From an uncultured virus (IMG/VR IMGVR_UViG_3300002242_000758) (Duplodnaviria; Heunggongvirae; Uroviricota; Caudoviricetes), in the IMG/VR virus record IMGVR_UViG_3300002242_000758, positions 1 through 64,000 of that record: DNA of 64,000 bases, one strand, 5' to 3'. The notes beneath the pieces were generated by a model. It was not told the origin of the DNA. It searched no databases and was given only the letters and a program-made list of their open reading frames with translations. The position numbers and the translations under genes were made by a program. Positions 28,671-37,517 of this stretch are shown here, piece by piece (within the stretch, counting starts at the first letter, position 1; each line of letters begins with the position of its first letter).

Positions 28671-29846
28671 TTATACGTAATTACTAGCTTCTACGTGTAA
28701 TGATTTATTTTTATAAGGATTTTGTAATAAACTTATTTCGTCAAGTAACCCAAATTCAGAAGGATCTTTTATTTTATCTTCTTGTGGTTTCAATATCTCA
28801 GGATCTTCATTTAGTATGAATTTTTTATAACTAGGACTATCTTTGCTTATTAGCCAGACTATCTCATAAGTTTTTAAGTTTATAACTGGATATCCTCTAA
28901 AGTCAAATAAGCGTAATAGATCATAATCGATAGGAACCATATTAGATTTCTTACCGCTTAGAACATTTCTAATGTCTGGATGAAATATACCCATAAGGCG
29001 GTTAAAGTCTAATAGGTTTCTAGTATAATTATATCTAGCCCCCATACATGTGAAATTGATATTAATTTCATTTGTTTGCTCGTTATAGGGTTTATCTCTA
29101 GAGTAATCAGCATATTTTCCTGATGGCCATGACACTGGAAAACTCGCACCTGTTACAAATGATTTAGTTATATACCTATTTGTACTGTCTAATGTAAATT
29201 TGTATATTCTTGTATTATAATCAAATTCATTTTCTAAAATAAAATCTATATATGGGTATAAAACACCCTCAAAAACTAATGACGCATATTGTATCCATTT
29301 TTCGAATAACAATGTTATAGGCTCATTAACAAAGTTCTTAAATGTNGCAGTTAAATTAAATACATCATTAATTTCAAANGTNCCATCTATCATAGNTATT
29401 TGCTCTTTCCTTAATCCAGAAGATGAGGTAAAAGTAGGAACAGCACTATCTGGCCATCCTGATAAGTTTATTAATGTATTTGTTAGAATAGGTATGAATG
29501 GCATAAATTTATCTACTAATGGAGTATCTATAATTTCCTTACTATAAAAATCACTATTTAGCTCATATGGGCATCTTGGATCTAAAGTAACCCTAACAAA
29601 CCTATTTATAGAAAGTTCATTATTATCTAGTAAAGACCCCATATAACTACTATTTCTAATATTTTCAGTATGCAAGTTAAGTTGGGGTCTTGTGAAGAAA
29701 ACTATACCTTGACTATCTTTATTACTTGTTAGGACAGGTAGATTCTGACTATGACCAAAACCATATAAAGCATTACTCACTGCTTTATCTAATGGTTTAT
29801 TTTCTGAATAGTCTAAAACTTCGTTAATATTTAATTTATCTGACAT
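28671..29846 (-). CDS. baseplate / tube-like structural protein (phiKZ gp88-like)
   Basis: 391 aa; GIVFFTRPQLNL, FIPILTN..LSGWPD, ENEFDYNTRIY. Confidence 0.8.
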   Translation of the reverse strand: MSDKLNINEVLDYSENKPLDKAVSNALYGFGHSQNLPVLTSNKDSQGIVFFTRPQLNLHTENIRNSSYMGSLLDNNELSINRFVRVTLDPRCPYELNSDFYSKEIIDTPLVDKFMPFIPILTNTLINLSGWPDSAVPTFTSSSGLRKEQIXMIDXXFEINDVFNLTXTFKNFVNEPITLLFEKWIQYASLVFEGVLYPYIDFILENEFDYNTRIYKFTLDSTNRYITKSFVTGASFPVSWPSGKYADYSRDKPYNEQTNEININFTCMGARYNYTRNLLDFNRLMGIFHPDIRNVLSGKKSNMVPIDYDLLRLFDFRGYPVINLKTYEIVWLISKDSPSYKKFILNEDPEILKPQEDKIKDPSEFGLLDEISLLQNPYKNKSLHVEASNYV

Positions 29847-29938
29847 ACCTAGCTCCTTTAATTTTTCAAGTGAATTCTTTTTTTATTTAATCCTCTATGA
29901 TATAATTGATTGAATTAATGTAAAAAAAGGAGATATCT

Positions 29939-31069
29939 ATGACTGGAGAGGTTCTAACTAAAGGTATTTTAAAATTAGGCAACATTATAAAAGCCCTAGT
30001 TAATGGAGACAGTATTAAATTAACATCAGACCCAGATGTACTCTTAGAAGGAAAAATGACTAAGATTTTATCAAAATTTATTATAACACCTAACGTAATA
30101 ATAGATAATGATCTAAGATATTTAGATCCAACAAACCTTAATAAAGCGATCAAGACTGAATTAGATTTGTTTACTGCTGTTTATATTAATACTATTCAAG
30201 TTCTTTTATCTATATATGGTGTAAAACCAGATGTAATTATAGATAAAATGGGAAATAATAATGCACTAAAGAACATTAATGCCATTAATGCTAATGAAAG
30301 TTTTGATTTCGTCCATGATGCGTTATTTAATAATGACGGAGTTTTACCTATAGCTGGATTAGAATCTAAAAATCACAATAATAAATATAAAGCTGGATAT
30401 GAAAATACTAGTGCTGATATTATTAGAACTAATAAAGAAGGTGAGAAATTTATTAATAATTATACTGTTAGTTGTAAAATACTTATGCAAAATGGTGATT
30501 ATAAAATTTTAAGTATACCGGTAATAATATATCCAAATATCATATATACAGACGCTAGAACTTTAATAGGTAGTATGCTAGATTCAGATGTAGATAAGAC
30601 TTTTATGGATAGACTAGATCAGTATAGAGCTGGGCTTATATCACTTTCAGATTTAATTTTTGCAACTGACCTAGTTAAAAAATATAGAGAGAAAAAAATA
30701 AAGAATAAAAATGATGTAGCGATTTATCTTAATGCTATAGATAAAACATCTACTATAGGCGACTTATTAAAAGGTAAAAAATCATTTTACAAAAATTTTA
30801 ATATTTATATATTCGATATAAATAAAAAACCGTTAATAGAAAAACAAGTTAAAGGGTCCATACTTAAAAATAAATATAAAGATACTTTCTTAGATAAATT
30901 AGCTGCATTTTCTACTTGTTTTATGGATGAACAAAAAGAAGAACTTATACTCTTTATAGATAGCATACCTGGTTTTAGCGTTATAGGATATAGGATGCTA
31001 GCTAAAGGTAAATATGACGATCTGAATAATATTATAAAAGATCTATTTAATGGCAGACAGCCATTTTAA
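29939..31069 (+). CDS. inner head protein (phiKZ gp89-like)
   Basis: 376 aa, divergent from the gp88-like gene; R..QYRAGLIS..DLIFATDL; ANE/GLE/GYE cleavage-like sites. Confidence 0.75.
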   Translation: MTGEVLTKGILKLGNIIKALVNGDSIKLTSDPDVLLEGKMTKILSKFIITPNVIIDNDLRYLDPTNLNKAIKTELDLFTAVYINTIQVLLSIYGVKPDVIIDKMGNNNALKNINAINANESFDFVHDALFNNDGVLPIAGLESKNHNNKYKAGYENTSADIIRTNKEGEKFINNYTVSCKILMQNGDYKILSIPVIIYPNIIYTDARTLIGSMLDSDVDKTFMDRLDQYRAGLISLSDLIFATDLVKKYREKKIKNKNDVAIYLNAIDKTSTIGDLLKGKKSFYKNFNIYIFDINKKPLIEKQVKGSILKNKYKDTFLDKLAAFSTCFMDEQKEELILFIDSIPGFSVIGYRMLAKGKYDDLNNIIKDLFNGRQPF

Positions 31070-31090
31070 TCTTATTAAAAAGGTTTAAAA

Positions 31091-32014
31091 ATGAGAAGAG
31101 ATATGACTAATATTTTTTTAGATAGGGACTCATTGTTAGAAGTATCTGGAGCAATAGAAGAGAGTATAAACGGTACTCTCATCCCTAATTTAAAAGATAT
31201 TATAAATAGCATTAAGGGTGAGAAGGTTATAAGTCAGAATGTTTTATTTTCAGAACTTAATCTTAAGTCAGACGAGAATTTTTTTAATAGATTACTGAAA
31301 GTTTGTAATAATTATAGTAAGATATTACCTAAATTAAAACAAAAAATAGATGAAGAATTACCAGATAGGTTTAATTCTAATACTAGTAATGTTAATATTA
31401 AATTAGCTACTGCGCTAATAGGTGTTGGATCATTTTTAGCTGAAAATTTGAATGATATTTTAATGTTTATCATAGCTAGATTTTATTTAAGATCTAATAT
31501 AGATATTGATAAAATCATTGTTGATAAAATTGGTAAGCAGCTTATCTTTCTTATAAAGAAATTGCCAGAATTAGAAAATGCGAAATTTGAGACTATAGTA
31601 GATATTATTGGCAATGTTCCTGTTATTGGAACTATAAGAAAAGAAAATACTTCTTTTATACCTACTGATGTAGTTACTAGCTTTATGACTAATACATTTA
31701 AGATAAAGGATAGATTTACACTAGGTTTTATAAAATCCATCTTTAATTCTAATGGTAATAAAAATGTTAAAAAAATAGGCGCTACTGGATTTATCTACAA
31801 CCCTATATACCATATAAGGCTACTTTTAGTAGACCTAGAAGAATTAAGATTAGAAAAACTAAAAGATAGTAAAAGATTACTAGAACTTAGATTAATAGAG
31901 CTTAAAAATAGAGCCAAACAAGAAAATGATCCTAAATTAGAACAAGCTATTAAGTATTACGAAGATAAACTAGAAAAAATAAATAGAAAGATAGAGAGAT
32001 ACCTAGAAGGGTAA
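31091..32014 (+). CDS. head protein (phiKZ gp90-like)
   Basis: 307 aa; GFIYNPIYHIRL..LELRL..L...DPKLEQAIKYY coiled-coil C-terminus. Confidence 0.75.
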   Translation: MRRDMTNIFLDRDSLLEVSGAIEESINGTLIPNLKDIINSIKGEKVISQNVLFSELNLKSDENFFNRLLKVCNNYSKILPKLKQKIDEELPDRFNSNTSNVNIKLATALIGVGSFLAENLNDILMFIIARFYLRSNIDIDKIIVDKIGKQLIFLIKKLPELENAKFETIVDIIGNVPVIGTIRKENTSFIPTDVVTSFMTNTFKIKDRFTLGFIKSIFNSNGNKNVKKIGATGFIYNPIYHIRLLLVDLEELRLEKLKDSKRLLELRLIELKNRAKQENDPKLEQAIKYYEDKLEKINRKIERYLEG

Positions 32015-32040
32015 TCTCTCTAAAATTAAGGAGTTATATT

Positions 32041-33990
32041 ATGCTAGTAGTAGAAAACTCTATTCCAGAACCTAAGCTAGATTATATAGACTATAGTACG
32101 GAAAGTACTGATAGTTTAGTAAATAAGTATTTTAGCGATATTAATAGTCTAGATAGTTTGGTTCTAGATTTACAAGTTAAAAATCACGCTCTTAATGAAT
32201 TAGGTGCGTTATATAATAATATAAATGAAAAAGATGATGAGCATTTAAAACTGTATGTAGCTAGTGAGGCTATGGAATATGCTAGATTAGCAGGTGTTGC
32301 TAATGAGATTACTTATGGTAACGAAGGAGTTCTTGATTTTATTTATAAAATTATAACATCTATTTTTAAAGCTATAATGAGTCTTTTAAAAAAGATAATA
32401 AGTTTTATAAAAAATATTTTTAATTATATCATGGGGTTTTTCGATAAAAGAGTAAGTAGTAGCTCTAGAGTAGAGAAAGAAAAAGAAAAAGTAGAAAAAG
32501 AATTTGATAAGTTAACTGATGATATCGTAGACATTGTAAATAGTAAAAAAGATCCAGGTACACCTTTATCAGATCAGTTTTTACAGGCACAAAAAGAGAA
32601 AATTAAAAAACTAGAAAAAGAGGTAGTAGAAAAAGCTAACAATTTAAAATATCTAAAGGTATTTGATATAGATGCTAAAGATGGTGTTATAGATGCGTCT
32701 AAAGTATTACTAGGATATAGATTTTATGTTAGTGGTGTAAACAGGTTATCTTCATTTATGAATAGAAAATACTCCTTTCTTTTAAATTTTATGCTTTTTG
32801 ATTATGTTAAGAAGAATGATAATATTAATAAACCTATTAATATTATTTTAGTAGCTAAAAGATATATGGAGTATATAAAAGAGTATGATAAAGGCATGCG
32901 GATACTTCTTAAAAATAATGCAACTAATAGAAAAGCGTTAAATGATGAAGATAGAAAAGAGTTTGAAAAAGCTAATAATAAAATGAACGATATCGTAAAT
33001 ACATTAGATAGCCCATATATAACAAGTTTTAGAACTCTCGTAACTCAGATATATAGAGAAGTATTTAGTATGGTAGAGGAACAATATGATAGAACAAAAA
33101 CATATATAGATGTTGAGAATGTATCTGTTAAAGGGCCTAGTGCTATGCGTGGTTTAGGTCATTTAAATAAGTTCCTTAAAGATGCTAATTTTATGCTTAT
33201 GGCTAGGGCTATAAGTGCTATCTTTAGAGAAGATATTCTTAAAGATTTACATATTTCTAAAAATGAAAATAGAGCTCTGTTAGGATCTGCTAATAATAGA
33301 ATATTTGCTATAGAAACTTTGGAATCAGATAGAAGAAAACTTAGAAAAATGGATAAAGAGTTAAAAGATGATATAACTAAACTAAAAGATATGATAGAAA
33401 GTAATAAAGTTAATATAGATACGTGTTTAATGGAAGCAGCTAAAATACTTGATAAAATGATTAAAGGCGGTTTACCAAAACTAACTAGTGCATCTATAAG
33501 TGATTTATCTAGCGTCGATAAAATAGTTTTTAAAAGTGTATCTACAGATGATCTTGATCGGGTAGGTTATGATATAAAAGATGTTAGATCTAGATTAGCA
33601 GAAGTTAAATATAATTTTTTAAAACAATATGTATATCTATTAGAATTTAGTAAGAATACTAATTACGTAAAAGAAGACCTAAAACAAAAACAAAAAAGAT
33701 TAGAACAGTATAAAAATGATCTTATTGATATGGAGAAAACCATTAAGAACGATCTAAAGGCTCTAAATGAAAATCATAGAGATATGGCTGGTAAAATTAT
33801 AGGTAAAATTCTATCTGCTGTCAATACAGCTACTACTGTTTACGCTAATAATGTTAAAGAATTGAGTAAAGTAGAAGTTATGTCAGTATTAGCATATAGA
33901 GAGTCTAAATTTTATGCGTTAATTAAAGATATTTTAAATCTTTATAAAGAAAAATTACTTATAAGAGACATAACAAATTTAGGGCTATAA
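32041..33990 (+). CDS. internal head protein with propeptide (phiKZ gp92-95-like superfamily)
   Basis: 649 aa; acidic N-terminus ending GNE|G, followed by an amphipathic helix (LDFIYKIITSIFKAIMSLLKKII). Confidence 0.65.
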   Translation: MLVVENSIPEPKLDYIDYSTESTDSLVNKYFSDINSLDSLVLDLQVKNHALNELGALYNNINEKDDEHLKLYVASEAMEYARLAGVANEITYGNEGVLDFIYKIITSIFKAIMSLLKKIISFIKNIFNYIMGFFDKRVSSSSRVEKEKEKVEKEFDKLTDDIVDIVNSKKDPGTPLSDQFLQAQKEKIKKLEKEVVEKANNLKYLKVFDIDAKDGVIDASKVLLGYRFYVSGVNRLSSFMNRKYSFLLNFMLFDYVKKNDNINKPINIILVAKRYMEYIKEYDKGMRILLKNNATNRKALNDEDRKEFEKANNKMNDIVNTLDSPYITSFRTLVTQIYREVFSMVEEQYDRTKTYIDVENVSVKGPSAMRGLGHLNKFLKDANFMLMARAISAIFREDILKDLHISKNENRALLGSANNRIFAIETLESDRRKLRKMDKELKDDITKLKDMIESNKVNIDTCLMEAAKILDKMIKGGLPKLTSASISDLSSVDKIVFKSVSTDDLDRVGYDIKDVRSRLAEVKYNFLKQYVYLLEFSKNTNYVKEDLKQKQKRLEQYKNDLIDMEKTIKNDLKALNENHRDMAGKIIGKILSAVNTATTVYANNVKELSKVEVMSVLAYRESKFYALIKDILNLYKEKLLIRDITNLGL

Positions 33991-34109
33991 TATATTAATA
34001 TGAGATAGATTAAAATAGCTAGATAGTTATGTACGATACCATACAGGTTCATCGTGTGCTAGAAGCGCACATTAAATTTAAATCTAAAAAACACATAAAG
34101 GAAGGTAAA

Positions 34110-35555
34110 ATGAGTTTTAAAATAGATTTAGGACTTAAAAAAGATCAGCCAGCTCATGTTGAAAATATCGATATGGGCGTAGCTATTGAGGAAATGTATC
34201 GAGCTGAGTATGCACTAAAAGAGTGTGAAGTAGAAGAAGCTATTTTAACTTCAGCTGTAGAAAACCTACAAAGAGGTATTGAGTTCTCTAAAGCTGTAGT
34301 AGAAAAAACACAAGACGAAAGTTTGGCTATTGTAGTTGGTAAAGAAGCATTAGCTTCATCTCTTAGAATCATAGGACAAGAAGAAGTATTAGAAGGCGTA
34401 ACTGCTGGAACAGAGTCTTATGAAGCTGGAATTGAAGCTAACGAAAACATACTTACAACTATGATAAAAACACTTAAAAAATATGTTAAGAAAGCTTGGG
34501 AATTTTTAGTAAATCTAGTAAGTAAAGTTGTTGACTATATTAAAGGCCTTTTTGGACAAAAAGGTTATGCTGCAGCTAAACTACAAAAAATTCTGGATAA
34601 AGCTAAAGAAGAAGGTAAGACTAAACTATCTAAAGATAAATTTGATGAAGAAGTAGCTGTGAAATTGGCTAGCAATAACATAGGTGTAATTGAAGCAGCT
34701 GGTGGAGCACTTAGCGTAAAATCACTTCAAGGACAAATAAAAGAAATATCTGACTTTTTTGATAAGCGTGGATCTATCTTAGCTAGTTTAAAACTTCTAG
34801 ATAAATCTGTATTTGATGCTGCATCAAAACTAGGTAAAGATAGCAATATGGAACAAATTAGAAAAGCTATATCACTTATGCCTGTAGTTTCAGTTGTTTC
34901 AAAAGAGGCTGAAGGTATTTTTCCTGATGGACTTAATAAAAATATAATCGAAGCAGTTAAGAAAGAACTAGGTGGAGATGTTAAAAGAATCCATGCAAAA
35001 GGATATATAGCAAGTGGTAAAGTAATCTTAGTTCCAGTAAAATATTATGATGGAAGCGAAGATGTTGTACAAAAATTGTATGATAATAACCTTAAAGGCG
35101 CCGATGCACTAAAAGCATTTAAAGAAGCAGTAGCTGGTGTAAAATCTAAAATAGTAGTTATTAAACCAGAAACTAAAGATGCTGAAAAATATGCTGATAA
35201 AATAAAACCATTAAACTTTAATGAAGCTACTTCATTAGTTAAAGAGGTCGATAGTATTACAAGTACTATGGAAAAATATACAAAAGATTTTAAAGCTGAT
35301 GTTGAAAATGCTAAAAATAGAATACTTAATAGCATTGACGCTGTAGAAAAAGAAATGGCTAAACAATCAGAAGAAGATGAAATCAAAAGTCTGGTAGCTA
35401 AAACATTAAAAGATTACTTAAAAATCGTAGACAGCGTTGCTAGAGCAGAAGTTAAAGCTACTGTAGAAGCGACTAAAAATATTGTTAAACCTTCATGGGG
35501 CGATTATGTTATTGAATCTGCTAAACTATACGAAGGTGAGGGTACTAAAAAATAA
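34110..35555 (+). CDS. internal head (inner body) protein, paralog 1
   Basis: Start moved to ATG 34110 (AAGGAAGG RBS), 481 aa; AGTES..AGIEANE then IKTLKKYVKKAWEFL amphipathic helix. Confidence 0.75.
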   Translation: MSFKIDLGLKKDQPAHVENIDMGVAIEEMYRAEYALKECEVEEAILTSAVENLQRGIEFSKAVVEKTQDESLAIVVGKEALASSLRIIGQEEVLEGVTAGTESYEAGIEANENILTTMIKTLKKYVKKAWEFLVNLVSKVVDYIKGLFGQKGYAAAKLQKILDKAKEEGKTKLSKDKFDEEVAVKLASNNIGVIEAAGGALSVKSLQGQIKEISDFFDKRGSILASLKLLDKSVFDAASKLGKDSNMEQIRKAISLMPVVSVVSKEAEGIFPDGLNKNIIEAVKKELGGDVKRIHAKGYIASGKVILVPVKYYDGSEDVVQKLYDNNLKGADALKAFKEAVAGVKSKIVVIKPETKDAEKYADKIKPLNFNEATSLVKEVDSITSTMEKYTKDFKADVENAKNRILNSIDAVEKEMAKQSEEDEIKSLVAKTLKDYLKIVDSVARAEVKATVEATKNIVKPSWGDYVIESAKLYEGEGTKK

Positions 35556-35574
35556 AAAAGGAAGAAAAATAATA

Positions 35575-35617
35575 GTGTAGGCATGGGTCTAACCCACGCC
35601 TATACCTTCCTTTTTTA
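35575..35617 (+). terminator. terminator
   Basis: GTGTAGGCATGGGT..ACCCACGCCTATAC followed by a T run. Confidence 0.75.
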
Positions 35618-35757
35618 TTATTTAAGATATTTATATGAGATAGATAGGACACCGATACTTTAGTATCAGTTTATTAATTTTAGATGGGCTACTCTTATTG
35701 TAATAGATGCTAGAACTTTAATGTAATTTTATTATATAAATCAAAAGGGGTAATATA

Positions 35758-37212
35758 ATGGGTATTAAAATCGATCTTGGGTTAAAACAAAAGAGACAAG
35801 ATATGGAAAAAGATCATGGAGATCCTATAGTAGCTCTCGAAGCATTACTTAATGTTAAGAACGAATTAAAGACTTATGAGTTGGAATATGATGCTTTGAA
35901 CGCTGCTATAGAAAGTCTTCAAAAGGGTATTGAGTTCTCTAGGGTAGTGGCTGAAAAATCCAATGATAAATCTTTACATATAGCGGCAGGTAAAGAAGCG
36001 TTAGCGTCTTCCCTAAGAATCATTGGACAAGAGAATATAGTAAAAGATGTAACTGCTGGAGCGGAGTCATATGAAGCTGGTCTAGAGGCAAATAAAAATA
36101 TTCTAGACAAAATGATAGAAAAAAGTAAAGAGCTCGCTAAAAAAACAAGAGAGAAGACCGCCTTACTACTTAAAAAAACCAGTATTTTTATAAAAGATAC
36201 TATAGGCGGTGGTACTGAAGCTGCTAAAAAGATTAAGTTTTTACTGAGTGAGGCAAAAAAGGAAAAAAGAGTTAATTTAAAGACAGATAGATTTAACGAT
36301 AAAACTGCAGTTAAGCTTATAAATACTATTAAATTATTGGCATATCTTAAAGGAAATAAAGGTGTTGCTGCCAAAGATTTAGAAAAGTTAGTAGAAGAGC
36401 TAAGTAAGAGAATCTTAGAAATGAGTAATATTAAAGAAATAATACAACCAATTAGCACATTTAAAGATAAAGCAGAAAAACTTATTTCGTCTATTAGTGA
36501 TGATATAACCATTACTGATATAGTAAAAATTTTAAATTTAAAAGAAAACGTTATGGTCCCTCTTGAAGAAAATAAGGTAGAAATAGTAGATAAGGTAGAT
36601 GGGGACTTAGAGAAATATATTAAAAATGTACAACCAACTGATATCAAGAGTGGTAAGTGTAAAATTATATATTATAATGGGGATAGTATTGTTCTTTATT
36701 ATATATATGTAAAAAATAGTTATGTGATTAGGGCATTAAAAGATAACGGATTGAAAGGCCTTGAGGCAGTTAAAACTGTTAAAGATTTTTTAAATAATCT
36801 ATATTATTTAACTTATCCTTTTCACCCTAAATTAGAGTTTGTTGAAGCCTATGCTAATAAATTAAAACCTGTACCATATAAAAATGTAGCTGCCATAGCT
36901 GATAAATTAGAAAAAATTGCTAATAAAGTTCCGACAGCTATAAAAGATATTGAGAAAAAATATAATAGTAGTATGGAAAGCATAGGTGATGCCGTAATAG
37001 ATATACGTGATAGATTGAATAATAAAATAAAGTCTGGAGAAGGATTAAGTGAACTAGAAATTGAAACTTATGAACTTTTAAGACTTTATCACGGGTTTAT
37101 TAGTTTTGATATAGCTAGAAGATTAGATGCGGAAATAGATGTATTTAGAGATGCTATAAAACCTAAATGGACCAAAATTATAGAAGAGTCTATAAAACTA
37201 TATGAAAAATAA
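35758..37212 (+). CDS. internal head (inner body) protein, paralog 2
   Basis: 484 aa; GKEALASSLRIIGQE identical to paralog 1; C-terminus KPKW..IIEESIKLYEK. Confidence 0.75.
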   Translation: MGIKIDLGLKQKRQDMEKDHGDPIVALEALLNVKNELKTYELEYDALNAAIESLQKGIEFSRVVAEKSNDKSLHIAAGKEALASSLRIIGQENIVKDVTAGAESYEAGLEANKNILDKMIEKSKELAKKTREKTALLLKKTSIFIKDTIGGGTEAAKKIKFLLSEAKKEKRVNLKTDRFNDKTAVKLINTIKLLAYLKGNKGVAAKDLEKLVEELSKRILEMSNIKEIIQPISTFKDKAEKLISSISDDITITDIVKILNLKENVMVPLEENKVEIVDKVDGDLEKYIKNVQPTDIKSGKCKIIYYNGDSIVLYYIYVKNSYVIRALKDNGLKGLEAVKTVKDFLNNLYYLTYPFHPKLEFVEAYANKLKPVPYKNVAAIADKLEKIANKVPTAIKDIEKKYNSSMESIGDAVIDIRDRLNNKIKSGEGLSELEIETYELLRLYHGFISFDIARRLDAEIDVFRDAIKPKWTKIIEESIKLYEK

Positions 37213-37215
37213 AAC

Positions 37216-37243
37216 TATAGGTATGGTTTTAACCATACCTATA
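37216..37243 (+). terminator. terminator
   Basis: TATAGGTATGGTT..AACCATACCTATA followed by a T-rich tail. Confidence 0.75.
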
Positions 37244-37275
37244 ACTTTCTTCTCTTTATTGATTTAAGAAATTAA

Positions 37276-37404
37276 TATGAAGCGATTTTAATCCCAGAAG
37301 GAGAGCTTAGATTACTTAAAGAAACAGTTAAACCAGCATGGGAGGATTATATAATTGAATCTGTTAAACTTTATGAAAAAGAAGGCGGAGAGAAAAAAGA
37401 ATAA
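37276..37404 (+). pseudogene. C-terminal remnant of an additional internal head protein paralog
   Basis: Frame reads YEAILIPEGELRLLKETVKPAWEDYIIESVKLYEKEGGEKKE*, matching the paralog 1 end VKPSWGDYVIESAKLYEGEGTKK*; in-frame stop at 37273-37275; no ATG or RBS. Confidence 0.85.
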
Positions 37405-37414
37405 CAAAATAATA

Positions 37415-37452
37415 ATAGGCGTGGGTTCATTCCCATGCCTATATTCTTTCTT
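37415..37452 (+). terminator. terminator of the remnant, related to the paralog 1 terminator
   Basis: ATAGGCGTGGG..CCCATGCCTAT followed by a T-rich tail. Confidence 0.7.
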
Positions 37453-37517
37453 ATTGTTTCATATCTATCTTATCCAACGTATTAAATTGAAAAAAACAGT
37501 ATATGAAAGGACATGTA

